A DNA stretch of 64,000 nt from contig CM119264.1 in assembly GCA_051294375.1 (NCBI GenBank), positions 20,033,590 through 20,097,589 on the forward strand, given 5' to 3'. The position numbers and the translations under genes are program-made. Origin of the DNA: Paraspadella gotoi (Eukaryota > Animalia > Chaetognatha). The stretch's first letter is position 1. Every line of letters starts with the position of its first letter. Below the pieces are notes generated by a model. It worked only from the letters and a program-made list of their open reading frames with translations, searched no databases and was not told the DNA's origin. Shown here one piece after another: positions 13,001 to 28,000 of this stretch.

Positions 13001-16000
13001 TAACCTACTTAATAAAATAATTTTTTAAAATGGATTATACTTTCTTATATCAACTTTTTTAAGGAATTCAAATCTGGTTTTAAAATTTTAATTTTTTAAT
13101 TTTTTTACTTTAGCTTATTTTTTATTATTATTTATTAATAAATATAGCGAACAAACAAAAAATATAAAATTTGTAACGAAACTTACCAAAATATTTATAT
13201 GGGTCTTTATTTTTATATTATGTAAGTTAAATATGGCTTTTATAAAATCTTAATAATTTGAGTTTCTTATACTCTACAATGTTTGCTCCATTTTGATAGT
13301 ACCTTATATGCTGCAAAAATCGCCATTTCCGACAAAGAAGATGAGATTTTAATTCTACAGACTTTATTACACTAAAATAGCTATGTACCTCACTTGATTT
13401 GTTATATTTCGTTATTTTTCAACGCCCTACCCCACAGTCCACACACTAGTGTGCTCAGTGCCAATTAGGTCTTGGAGATTTTTCATCTTTTACATCGCTG
13501 ATAGACGTAACAACCTTATCAAACGGGTAGTGATACTACGTCACTACAATGTAAGCTTACAATTGACGACCTTTGAATTAAACAATTAACTACTTATGAA
13601 ATTTTAACTCTGAAAATCCGAGCAAGTTTGGAAGAGGTTTAGTAACTGTAAAATTAAATAATTTTTTTTTATTTATAGTTTAACGAAGTTGGAGAAACTG
13701 ATGGAGCTATGTGTTTTTCAATTGATTCTGGCATCAAGGAAGGCCAAGAATATATTATTAGGGTTGCTGCCATTAATAAATTCGGAGTAGGAGACTTTAC
13801 TGAAAGCAAACCAGTTAAAGTTCAAAATCCATTTAAAAGACCAGAACCTCCACAAAACCCAAGTGTATCAGATGTTGATGCTTCTTCTGCCACGCTAGCT
13901 TGGACTATTCCCTTATCAGATGGAGGTTCACCTATAATTGGCTATATTGTTGAAAGACGTCATACTGAATCTCCCCGGTACTTGATTAAAATATATATAT
14001 TTTTTGATTACTTGAAATTAATTTCTAGAAATTCGAACAATATCTGTACTGTTTTTTAGGTGGCAACGAATTACTAAATCAGCCACACCACATCTCAAAT
14101 ACATTGATTCTGAATTAATTGAAGGTTATGAATATGAATACCGCGTTTATTCAGAAAATAAGGCAGGATTGTCAGATCCAAGCAAACCATCCAACAGATT
14201 TACCAGCAAAGATCCTTACAGTAAGTTGATTGCAGATAAAATACGTAATTGTCTAATCTTCCAGATATCTTTCTCAATATATTTACTTATTTAATTTTAT
14301 TTTTAAGCGCGTCCTGGTCCACCAATTAAGGTGGAATATGCTGAAGTTACAAAGAAGCTAGTAAGATTAACATGGAAACCACCAAAATTTGATGGTGGAG
14401 CAACAGTTTTTAATTATATTATTGAAGCACGGGAAGTTGGTGAAATAGAATGGCAAATTCTTAACCTTGATGAAGACTGCAGTTTAACAAGCTTCACCTG
14501 CCGTGGCCTTAAAGAAGGTAAACTAGATAAAAAAAAAGATATTTAAAATAATTCTTACAATGAATGAATAGTTTCGGTTTTCAAATTCATTTGTTAGTTT
14601 TAAAAAATATGTACAAGATCAATATACGTATCTAAATGATAATTTTTATGGAATATAATCATAAATATTTTAAAATCTAAAAAACTTTAGGTGGTGAAAC
14701 AAGTAATTTTGCAATTGTCATAACATAATATACATAACAATTTATAAACTTTTTGTAAACCTAGTATTTTTGAGGGCTTTCATAATTGGATTTGATAATA
14801 AAAATGGTCATATTTTCCGAAAGCACCCCATTACAGTTTAATTTAATTGTTTTTTCCTATTTCTTACATATTTTTCTCTCTCTTTCTTTTCTTCTCTTTT
14901 TCTTTCTGCTTATCTCTCCATCTTACTAATTTTAATTATAGCTGGGCTATTTGTAAATTCAATTCTGGATGTTAAATGCCAAAAGGAAGGACATATTACC
15001 GCTTGAAATTTGCTAGCTTCTGAACTTCGGATCTGACTATAGTCCCCCATCACCGGTGGGTTAGACGTCCCGTTTTGCTTACTGGCATTGACACCAAGGT
15101 CGCTCGGTGGGAAGAAAGAATGCTCGCTTTTACAAAACCGGGGTTGCAATATTATTGTTAGGCAGATAGCAAAAGTGAATGTGTTGCAACTGTTGAATAA
15201 AAATTATAATTTGAATAAAATTTAAATAAAAATTGGAACATGCGGTAGAAATCCAATTTTAAAACAATTTTTAGCCAGATCTGCTCATAGCAGATTCCGG
15301 CTCTACAATTCACTTTGCCGGTCCTTCGCCCCACCCCCCCTAATCATATTGGTAAACCACTTAATTCATCTCAAAACTTCGAATTATGATAAATTATGTA
15401 AAAAATCGATATCTGTGCGTCTGTCAATCCATACGTCCATACCCTGTAAGCTTTAAACTTATGAGTGGATAGGGTGATTGACTTGAAATTTAGTGTGTGG
15501 GTAAAGAAGTTTGTGATTAAGCTGAAAATCAAGTTTTGATAGAATCGCATGAGTGAAAATAAGCTCATATGAAAACAAGTTTGAGCAAACAATGTCGGAT
15601 CTGCCTACGATAATTTAGTACTAAGCAGTAGGGTGAAGTAAAAGTTTTGAATCAAAAATTAGCAGTTGTATCTTGAAAACTCATATTAATAAATACTAAT
15701 CTATAGTTATTATTATTATTCTTTTTTACAAATATAGTAGCCCAGTCAGCTTTTATATGGTTAAAAATTTAAAATGGTTTTTTTTTTAATTCTGAGAATA
15801 GATTCAGATTCTTCGTTAAAAGTTGATAAAAGGCAATATAATTTTTTTTTAAATTATGTCATTAAGTCGGTTAAAATTATAAAAATTATATTTTTAAGCT
15901 GGAAATTAAAAGTCAGCATTTTCAATTAAGTTTTTTATATTTTTAACCAACTTCATAAAACAATTTTTAAAAAAGAATTATACTTTTTATATTAACTTTT

Positions 16001-19000
16001 TGTAAGCAATCTAAATCCGATCTTAAAATTTAAAAATTTGTATTTAAAAATTTTAGCTATTATATACTTATTATTATATAAAAATATAACTCACTGGTGC
16101 CCACTATTGTATAATATTAAAAATAAAATTATTAAAGAATATTTATTGGTTTTTGTTTTTGTTCTATATGCTAAAGTTTAATTTTATAAAATTTTAATAT
16201 TTTCACATCACTCTACTAAGCAGCTAACTATATGATTATTGATTAGTCATGAGGAGTCTTTTAATTTGTAATCATCAAATATGGCAACAAAATATAACAT
16301 AAAACAAACAAATTTTTAGTATAGTGATCTTATGAGCAAAATTATTTTTAAGATAAATTCATGAAAAAATGTCAATTAAATATTGTTTTTTTCCCGATCA
16401 TCTCTTCCCTATGGTCACTTCCCAATCATCACTTCCAAATTTTCACTTAGTGATTATATTTACAATTATTAAAGCGATGATAACAATTTATTGATGCGAT
16501 AATAGTAGATACGATAATAATTGATCATTGATGTGATGATAATCGATCATTAATCAATAATACAATGTCAATGGGGCAATCCAGTTATCCAGCTATCCCT
16601 CCGGATGTCCAGTGTAATTTTTTTTCATTTTTAATCTACTTTAAAAAATGTAAAATATAAGAAGAAAAAGGATTAATCTTTTATCTATCAGATTTTTTAA
16701 CATTCAGCTTTGTGCTCAAGTAGTTCATTATAAACGGATGTTCTAATTTTAATCAACTTTATGTCAAACTTATTATCTTTCAAAAAACTTTAATTTACTT
16801 TAATTTTTTTTTAAATTCAAGTATTTAGAGTGATTTTTTAAAGTCTGAAATAAAGTGGCACGATTTTTTTGCATATGACTGTAATCATAACTAGAAGATC
16901 ATAACATTTTAAATAATAACAGATTTCTCAATAAATCAATTAAAAAATTATTAATCAGTCATTTAAACAAATTAACAATAAATCAATCAATTATTCAATC
17001 ATTCAATTAACCAGAGAGAGAGAAAAACTTTTAAAAATTCAAATAAACGTGTCTTTTGGTTTTCTAAATTCTAAATTTAAACTCTTTTCTACTTCTACCA
17101 TTCTATCAAAAATTTATATGCAGCTTAATCGCATCCTTTCCTACCCACACAAAATTCCATTTCAATTTATATATCCAATTTTTAAAAAATATAATATTTA
17201 TGAGTAAATATAAGTAAAAAACTTCAAGTAAATGTGATTTTTGTTTTTTTCAATTTAAACTCATTTTCACTTCTACGGTTCCATTAAAACTTCATATCCA
17301 GCTCAATCACACACTTTCCTACTCACATACAAAATTTCAGTCCTATCCATCCATAAAATCATGAGTAATTGGAGTTTAATGCAAAGGGTGATTAACCAAC
17401 AGACGGACATCAATTTTTTCTAATATTTTATTGTAATTTGATGTTCGGACATGATTTAAGTAACTTACCGACAAGATTGTGGGGGTTGACCGATGGACTG
17501 ACAAAGTGAATTATAATAGTCATAGCCGATGAATGCTAATATATACAGTGTTAAAATAATCTATCATGAGCATAGATTATGGTATTAAAATTTTTTTGTC
17601 AAGAATACAAAATATTTCTAATATGGCTCTATACTCTAGTAATTAATTTTTTAATATTTATTTATAAATAAGAAAGGCCAAAATTTTTTTTAGTATTTGC
17701 ACTTAGAAAACGTAAGAATTTTTAAAAGCAGTAATTATATTTCTTGTTTAACTTTTATGCTCGATCAGAATATATCAAAAAAATTTAATATTTAAAAAAA
17801 TTTTGCTTTATATAGTAATATAATATTTTTAATTAGGCTAGTACCCTCAAAAGAAAGCATTTTTGTCAAAAAATATTTTAATACCATAATCTATGGTCAT
17901 GATAGATTATTTTAACGCTGTATACAATAGCATTTAAATTTTATTGGCTATGGCTACTATTACTAAATTGATTTTCAATGAAACTTTTTGAATTAGTTCA
18001 TTGGATTGTTGCACTGAAGCTTTTAAATATTTATTAAATATTTGTTATAACAAATTATAAGAATCTTTTTAAATAATTTTTTTTATTAAGAACGGATTCC
18101 TTTAGAGCTTAAAAAGTTAAATAAAAGTTAGTACTACAATTTTTTTATAATTTTGACAATAATTTGGTTAAAAATAAAAAACCTTAAAAAATCATTATCG
18201 TCATCATCATTGGCTGAAATTTATATATATATTTTTATTAGATATTATAATTCTTTCATTTTGTTGTGGTTGAGATTTAGAGAAGAGTTTGATATAAGTT
18301 GATATAAGAAAATATAATTCTTTTTTAAAAATGTTTTCATTAAGTTGGTTGAAAATATAAAAGATACCGATTTTTAATTTCGAAATTAAAAATATAGTTT
18401 TTTAAAATTTTAACTTACTTAATGACATAATTTTTGAAAAGGATTTATATTTTCTTTATCAACTTTTGAAAAAATTTTTGAAAAGGATTTATATTTTCTT
18501 TATCAACTTTTGACATAATTTTTGAAAAGGATTTATATTTTCTTTATCAACTTTTGAATTTTATTTTTTGTTGCCATTAGTGCAATTTTTCTTGCTCAAT
18601 ACTCATCGTTTAATCGTTTAATCTTCTTATTGTCTTAATTGTCAAATTGTCTTTTTTATTTCAGAAAAAAAAAAAAATTTATCAACTTTTAACAAGGAAT
18701 CTGAATCTGTTCTCAGAATTAAAAAAAAACATTTTGAAATTTTGACATTACATAAAGGTAATATACTATGTACAAAATAAGCTGACTGGGCTACTATATT
18801 TATAAAAAAAGAAGAAATAATTATAGATTAGTATTCACTAATATGATAGTTTTTTAGATATAACTGCTAAATTTTGATTCCAAATTTTCACTTCACCCTA
18901 CTGTCCACTAAGGCGTAGTGAAAGTTAAACTCTTTTTAACGCTGATGAAGGCTTGTAACTGAGCCGAAACATGTCCGTTATTAATAAAAATAAATCGTTG

Positions 19001-22000
19001 TTGAAAACTAATTTCAAACTCTTCTAATCATTACACAACGAAACAAAAGGATTACACCACAAGTACTATCCTTATAAAATCGAAAAATTTCAAAATAGGC
19101 TTTTCTTAATTTTGATTGCAGATTTTAATTCCTCGTCAAAAGTTACTAAAAGAAAATATAAATCATTTTTAAAAATTATTTCATTAAGTGAGTTAAAAAT
19201 TAAAAAAACTATATTTAATATATAAAAAGTTAATTTTCAGCTTAAAATATAGCTTTTTTTAATTTTTGATCCACTTAATGAAGGAATTTTTCAAAAAGAG
19301 TTAGATTTCTTTTTATCAACTTTTTATGACGAATCCAAATCTGCAAAAAAATCTTAGAAAAAACTGTTTTGAAATTTTAACATTTATTGGTTTAGTGCTA
19401 GTATAAATATGGCCTACTGCGTAAATTGTAAAATTTATTATAAATTTTTTTATTACATAAATGTTTATTAGTATAATGTTGTTCGTTTCTCATTTTTAGA
19501 ATTTTAATTAAAGTTAAATTTAAAAATTTTACTACGCCTTACTGTCCACCAGTCCATCCATTTTTTTGTCTGTAAATGTTCATTACTCGTGATTTGATGG
19601 ATCAAGTTTAAATTTTGTTTGTGGGTAGGAAAATGTGTGATTGACGTGGAAATAAAGTTTTCATGGAATCGACTTAGTGGAAATAAGTTTAAATATAAAG
19701 AACAAAAGGCACTTATATTTTGGCTAATAAAAGTATTGTATTTTATTAACAAGGATTCTTTACTAATTAAAGGAAATGTTATTGAATTCGTAGACATGGA
19801 AATATCCCGGTTTTAATCTTTTTAATGAAAAAGGGCTTGTCTTTGACCCATTTTCTGAGTCATCCTCCCTCTACCGGTCTAGATATGACCAAAGTAAATG
19901 TAGCAATAAGTGATGGCATTAAAATTTTTTTTTGTTGGAATAGATTGGAGAGTGTACGATCATTAAGGTCTTCATTTGGATATAATAATATCCCTAAATA
20001 ATATCTTTAAATTTTTGCTTTGAGATCTAAAAACTTTGAATCCATGCTGTTTTCCTCTGGAAACAATATTATAAAAATCTTGTCAGCTTATTGTTAATTT
20101 CTTTTCGTTCTGTTAATTTAGATATTTTTATTTTGTTAAATTGTAAACTATACAATTTAGGTGTTTATCTGTAATGCTGTATTCCTTTTTGAATGTACTG
20201 CTTCAACTAATTGTTCTAAACAAATGAAACGTATATTATTTGATATTCATATTTTTTTGATTTTCATTGAAATGTATAAGCATTCTTAATTATCAACATC
20301 GACAATAATAATAATAATAATAACAATAATAACTACAACAATAACAATGACTATTACAATCTTAACAATAAAAACAATAACAATAACCAAGACCAAAATT
20401 GTAATAAAAAATCACGACAGCAACCACAACCAGCACAATAACCATAACCAAATTTTTAACCACAATCTATTAATCATTCAATCAACCGATCAATCAGTCA
20501 AAAAATTATTTTATCACCGCCTAATGATTGTACGCAGATCCGGCATTGTGTGCTCAAACTTGTTTTTCTTTCATATGAAATGTAAATGGAAGCAACAACA
20601 AGATTAATCATTAATTATTATCTTATGAACTGCTTACCGCTAAGTGATCGTTTACAGATCCGGCATTGTTTGCTTAAACTTGTTTTTTCTTTGTCGATGA
20701 TTTTACTTACTCAAACTTATAGGAGCCACATACGAATTTCGGGTCAGTGCGGAAAATAAAGCAGGAATCGGTGGTCCGGCTTCACCAGCAGGACCTGCTC
20801 GGCTAAAAGATCAGTTAAGAGGAAAACCACCCAAAATAATTGAGCCAATTATTGATACAACAACTGTAGTTGGGACTCAGGTAAAACAAAAGAGTTGGCA
20901 ATCGTAATTATAGTTATTATTATTATATTTTTTTTAAATCTAGGGAATATTACAAGCCAGGGTAATTGGAGAACCAAAACCTGACGTTCTTTGGTACAAA
21001 AATACCGATATGATTTCCGAAGGAAATCAAAGATATAAAATATCTTATACTGGTGATCGGGCAACCCTAATAGTTAAAGAAGCAACTTTTAAAGATGAGG
21101 ATCATTATACTTGCGAAGCGGTAAATGCTCTTGGAAGAGACGAATGTTCTTGCAACATGAATATAACAGAAAAGCCAAAAATACAATATGATTCAAAGTA
21201 TGAAGATGTAATCGAGGGCAGAGCAAAATATAATACAAAGATTTGTACTTTCGTCACTGGAAAACCTAAACCTGAAATTGTTTGGCAAAAGGACGGAAAA
21301 GTATTAAAGCATGGAGAAAATGACCGGTTTTACTACGAATCAGTAGATAGCCAACAGAACCTGACCTTAAATAAAGCAACTAGAAAAGATAGCGGAAAAT
21401 ATCAAATTCATGCTGAAAATTGTGTTGGCAAAGCAAGTGCCGAATTTGAAGTGAATATTATGAGTGTTCCTTCAGTTTGTACGGGCCCTATTGAAATTCT
21501 TGGGGTGACAAATCGTAGTTTAGACATTCGTTGGGAAAAACCTTCTGATGAAGGAGGTACTCCACTTACGGCTTACATAATTGAAAAACGTGACTCTCGA
21601 AAGTCTACTTGGACTGAGGTTACTCGACTTGAACCACAGCATACACTAGCAACGGTTGGTGCTTTAGAAAACAGACATGAGTACTTGTTAAGGGTTAGAG
21701 CTGAAAATAAGTTAGGAGAAGGACCTGATCTAGAAACAAAAGATCCAGTTATGGTCAAAGATCCATTTGACCCCCCTGGTCCTCCAGGAAAGCCACTAGC
21801 AAAAGATGCTTCTACTGAATTTATTGATTTAACCTGGAGTCAACCAACAGAAGATGGAGGTAGTCCTATCAAAGGTTATATTGTGCAAAAGCGATTGTCG
21901 GATGCTGTGGATTGGTCAATTGTAAATGAAGTACCTTGCACAAAACCATTTTTACATGTTATTAATGTAATAGCGAATGCATCATATGAGTTTAGAGTCT

Positions 22001-25000
22001 GTGCTATCAACTTAGCAGGACCTGGCACACATGGACCTCCAAGTGATCCAATAAAAGCAAAAGAGCCATATGATCCCCCAGGCCCACCGCAAATCCCAGA
22101 TATTTTGAAAGTTACAAAAACGACCATGTCATTGGCGTGGGATCGCCCTAAAACTGATGGAGGCACACCTATTACTAAGTACATAATAGAATCTCGAATG
22201 CATGACATGGCATATGGACATAGTTTTCAATGGAACTATGCAGTTGATCCTGACATTTCAATATGTGAAACTAATTATCTGGTTGTTAATCTTATTGCAG
22301 GAATGACATATGAATTTAGAATAATTGCTGAAAATAAGGTAGGTAGGGGACCACCAAGTCCACCATCAAAACCAAAAAAGGCAGAAGATATAGTTGTTGG
22401 TAACCCTCCAGAAATAAGTTATCTTGAAGAAATTCGAATTATTGCTGGACGACCAGTCGCAATAGAAGCCAATATTAAAGGAGAACCAGATCCCGAAGTT
22501 GAATGGAGCAGAAATGGCATCATTCTTACATCTGGATTTAAGTATAAAACCAGTTTTTTAAATGGAAGAGCATTATTGAATCTAACTGAAATCAATGAAA
22601 TGGATGCTGGTCAATACACTATAAGAGCCCTAAATCCTTTGGGAAAAGCTGAAAGACTTGTTGATGTTGTTGTATATACGCCACCTAGTGTAGAATATGA
22701 CTTTAAATGGAAAAGGCCCGTCAGAATTATTGAGGGTACAAAACTTGATCTAAGAACTTTTATTGGGGGATTTCCTGCTCCGGCTATAAGTTGGTCAATT
22801 AATGGATTAAAATTAAAATCTGGTAAAGACATAAGGATTACTAAGAGTGATGATTCATCTTTTATATACATTGAAAAAGTCCAGCGAAGTCATTCTGGAC
22901 TTTTTATGATATCACTATCTAACGTTGCAGGCAGTTGCTCAGCTTCTTTCGATATTACTATAGTTGGACGACCAGGAAAACCTAAATTTGTAGGCCCGGA
23001 CAATGTCACCCGAGATTCTGTAACCATAAGCTGGTCACCTCCAGTTGATGATGGCGGTGATTCAGTCACAGGATATATCATTGAAAAAAGGGAGGAAAAG
23101 GCCACAAATTGGAGTGAAGTTGCGAAGGTTGCTTCCTATTTTAGAATGTATTCTATTCCCGGACTTTGTGAGGGATTAAGATATTTTTTTAGAGTGTCAG
23201 CTGAAAATGGTGTTGGGCAAGGTCCCCCGGCTCTTACAAAAGACCCCGTGCTTGTCAAAAGTCCTTACGAATTACCCGGAAAACCTCTAGGTCCTCTAGA
23301 TGTATTTAATATTTTTCATGACAGAGCATCAATCTCTTGGAGGCCTCCTAAATATACCGGAGGAATAGCATTAACAGGTTATATCATTGAAGTATGTGAA
23401 ATAACGACTGGCAAATGGTATAAAATTGGCAGTGTTGAGGCAAATATCTTCAGCTATACTTGCTGTAGCTTGATTGCTGGTACTGAATATCGTTTCAGAG
23501 TAATGGCTGTCAATACAGAAGGGTTTAGCACATCACTTGAGAGTGATATTATTATACCTAAAAGACCTGCTGAGGTACCATCCCCAGTGAGTGGTTGTAA
23601 AATTACTAAAATTGGGGCCGATTCTTGTGAACTTACCTGGATTCCCCCACATTATAACGGTGGCAGTCCTATCATAGGATATGTAATAGAGATATTTAAC
23701 AGAAGGACATTTACATGGAATGAACTTAGTTTAGTGGATGCATCTTTTAACAATTATACGATTAGGAAACTTAGAGAGGTAAGGACATAATCTATTAAGT
23801 AATTCAATTGTATGCTTCATTAAATAATATTTAATAATTTATGTTTATATTGTGGCGGTATTACTTATTAGGGAGTTGAATATCTGTTCCGCATCAAAGT
23901 ACGGAATGCGATTGGTGATTCTATTTGTTTCACATTGGATACACCTGTAACACCAAAAAGGGACATAACTGTGCCAGGTTTTTTTTAGCCGTTTTTATTA
24001 AATTTTTTAAAATTAAGTGTTTAAAGTATTTCATAAACATTAAAATTATTTAGGGATTCCTACTGGTCCAATGGGCATTGATGAAATTCTAAGTGAAGAA
24101 ATTACAATTTCATGGGCCCCTAGTGTTTGGGATGGTGGAGCACCAATTGAACACTATATTATTGAAGTTAAAGACAAAGTGACCAATTGGACGAGGGCTG
24201 GAAAAACACGTTTTAATAACAATACTTTTACAGTCACTAATCTTCTTGAAGGCAATGATTATTGGTAAGTTCCAAATGATTCATGATATTCAGATATATA
24301 ATATGTACAAATATTTTTTAAAATTTATTTTGTTCAAAGTTTGCAGCGTTAAAAATATCTATGTATAATATAAATAATTGATCAATAAATAACTTCCTAA
24401 CAAGAACGATGTCTAATATCTTATTAGAAAACTAGGGTTGAAAGTCATTTTTAACCATGTATTGCATTAGAAATCTACTATGAAATTAAATTCAATAGGG
24501 GCGGGGGTTCAAAGCTTTAGTCTTGAAGTCTACTTTTAGGTAAAAAAAAATTTTCTTAAAAAAAGTTCGATTTTAATGCTTTTATTATTGCTATTAAAAT
24601 TACAATATTACTATGAAATTGGTACAACCAATATAAATATATATATATAATGATAAAAAAATTTTTTAATCAATCTTAACTTTTTTTGATGGATTCTGAT
24701 AGAGCATAAAAATGATTATAAATAGTTTTTCATATTTTTCACACACTTATGATCAAAATATCGAAAAAAGAATTATACTTTGTGCAGACAACTTTTTGCA
24801 AGCTACCTGAATCTGATCTTAAAAATAAAAAAAAATCCTAAAAAATTTTTAGCCTTTCCTATTTATGAATAAATATTAAAAAATTAGTATTAAAATAATA
24901 TTAAATAATATTAAAATTTTTTGTCTATTCAAATTTTTTTAAAAATGTCTAAATTTTTGTTTGAGCAGGTGCTTTATTCTAATTTCTTAACCACCTTACT

Positions 25001-28000
25001 GAGTTAGGTTCCCCCTAATTGTATTTCCAGAAGATAACGCTACTTCCCTCTCCCCATTACATCATTAAATATAAAAGAAATAATAATTAAATCTAATATT
25101 TAATATATATTCGTTTTAAAATTTAGTTTAATTTAGTCTAATATAGTAAAAAAGTAATGTTGCAATTTTTCATAAATGCACTAGCCACTAATAGGGCAAA
25201 CCATATTTTGAAATCAAGACTAATTAAAGATAATGAAACAAGTTTGAGCAAACAATGTCGGATCTGCCTACGATAATTAAGTGGTAATAAGCTAACTTGG
25301 TCAACTTGTATAATTTAATCAACTTGCATTATTTGATCAACCGGCATAATTTGATCAACTGACATAATTTTGTCAGCTGGCATAATTTGGTCTGCTGGCA
25401 TAATTTTGTCAACTGACAGAATTTGGTCAACTGACATAACTTGGTTAACTGACATAATTTGGTCAACTGACATATTCGGTCAACTGACATAATTTGGTCA
25501 AATGACTTAATTTGTTTAACTGACATAATTTGGTTAACTGACATAATTTGTTCAACTGACATAATTTGTTCAACTGACATAATTTAGTCAACTGACATAA
25601 TTTGGTCAATTAACATAATTTGGTCAACCGGCATAATTTGGTCAACTGGCATAATTTTATCAACTGGCATAATTTGGTCAACTGGCATAATTTGGTCAAC
25701 TTGCAGAATTTGTCAACCGGCATATTTTGGTCAATTAGCATAATTTGGTCAATCAATTAATCAATCAATCGATCAATCAATCAATCAAAGAGAGTGAGAG
25801 AGAGAGAAACTTTAAAAATTTCAAATAAATTTGTCTTTTGGTTTTCTAATTTGAACTCTTTTCCACTTCTACGATTCCATCAAAAAATTTATATTCAGCT
25901 TTATCGCATACTTTCCTACCTACACACAAAATTCCATTTTAATTTATCTATCCAATTTTTAATAAACATAATAATTATGAGTAAATTTAAGTAAAAATGA
26001 CTTTTGTTTTTTCCATTTTAACTCATTTCCACTCGCACGATTCCATCGAATCTTTATATCCAGCTCAATCACACACTTAATAATTATTTTTGCATAATTT
26101 ATCATTGTGGTGTAATCCTTTCGTTTCGTTGTGTAATGATTAGAAGAGTTTGAAATTAATTTTCAACAACGATTTATTTTTATTAATAACGGACATGTTT
26201 TGGCTCAGTTACAAGCCTTCATCAGCGTTAAAAAGAGTTTTATTAATTTAAAATTAATTTCAAACTCTTGCATAATTTATCATAATTCGATGTTCTGACA
26301 TTAAAGTTAGTGCCCGACAATATTGAGGGGACGGACCGACGGACCGACAAAGTAAATATAGAGTCGGGATCTGCTGATAAACAGATCCGACTAAAAACAA
26401 AAGTCATATTTACTTGAATTTATTTACTTATATTTACTCATAACTATTCCAATCTAATTGGATAGATGGATTGAGATGAAATTTGGGTATGAAAGAGTAG
26501 GATTGAGCTGGATATAAAGTTTAGATGGAATCGTGCAAGTTGAAAAGAGTTTAAATAGAAAAAACAATGTTCACAATTATTTAAATTCTTTTTCACTATT
26601 AAAGTTTCTTTCTCTCCCTCTCTTAGTTAAAATGATTGATCAGTTGATTGAAGGATTGATTGACATATTCTTTTATTGATTTATTAAGAAATCTGCTATG
26701 ATTTGCTATCTCTCTCTCTCTCTAGATGAAAATTTTAGCGAGCTTTAAATTTTTAAAAATATAAGATTCGTTATGATTAATCATCTGATTAGATGCTTAG
26801 TTGCTTACCGCTAAATAATCGTGGGTAGATCCGACATTGTTTGCTCAAACTTGTTAAAATAATTTTCGCTCCTGACTCCTTTCTTTAAAACAGGTTCCGT
26901 GTAAAAGCTGAAAATTGTGTTGGATTTGGTGATGCTCTAGAACGACGAGATCCCGTAATTCCAAAGGCACCTGCTAACAGACCTTCTGCTCCAGAAGGCC
27001 CTCTGAAATATACAGGAATAATGGCCAACAGTGTTACAATCTCATGGAACAAACCAGGTTATTGCTTCTATTGCAGAATTTTAAAACAGTTTACTTGTAT
27101 GTTGTCCAACTTCAATTTTTTTAACTTAGTAATATTTAGTTACTATATTTTATCTTTTTTCAGTAAAAAACCCCATGCTAGGGATTAGCAGTATTCGACG
27201 AAATTTTTATTTTCTCTCGGCCGAAAAAATAATAGGAATTTGATAAAAAAAAAGGTTTTTTTAAATATTTACTGTATGGAAGATACTTAAAAGAAAAATT
27301 TTATTTTTGAATCTAGGTACTGTAGGGTAAGGCGTAGTAAAATTTCTCAATTTAACTTTAATTAAAATTCTAAAAGTGAGGAACGAACAACATTAACTAA
27401 TGAACATTTATGTAATAAAAACATTTATAATAAATTTTACAATTTACGCAGTAGGCCATATTTATACTAGTACTAAACCAATAAATGTTAAAATTTCAAA
27501 ACAGTTTTTTCTAAGATTTTTTTGCAGATTTGGATTCGTCATAAAAAGTTGATAAAGAGAATATATACTCTTTTTGAAAAATTCCTTCATTAAGTGGGTC
27601 AAAAATTAGAAAAGCTATATTTTAAGCTGAAAATTAACTTTTTATATATCAAATATATTTTTTTAAATTTTTAACCCACTTAATGAAAACATTTTTAAAA
27701 ATGATTTATATTTTCTTTTATCAACTTTTGACGAGGAATTCAAATCGCAATCAAAATTAAGAAAAGCCTATTTTGAATTTTTTCGATTTATTAAGGATAC
27801 TGGAAAATTAAAAAAACATAAAATTATTTTTTTTTACAAATTAATGTTCACTGGTGGTATGTTGTTCATAATGACTTTTAGAATTTTTGTATGTAGCTTT
27901 CACAACGCCTTACTGTAGGGGTAAGTCTAACTAAAAACCGAAAAATAGTTTTTCAAATAAGAAAAATATTGGAATAGTACAGAAAGCATTATTTCTTTTT

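Noticed and set aside
21573-23105. Minus-strand ORFs overlapping the big exon
   Set aside because: Antisense shadows of the coding strand.
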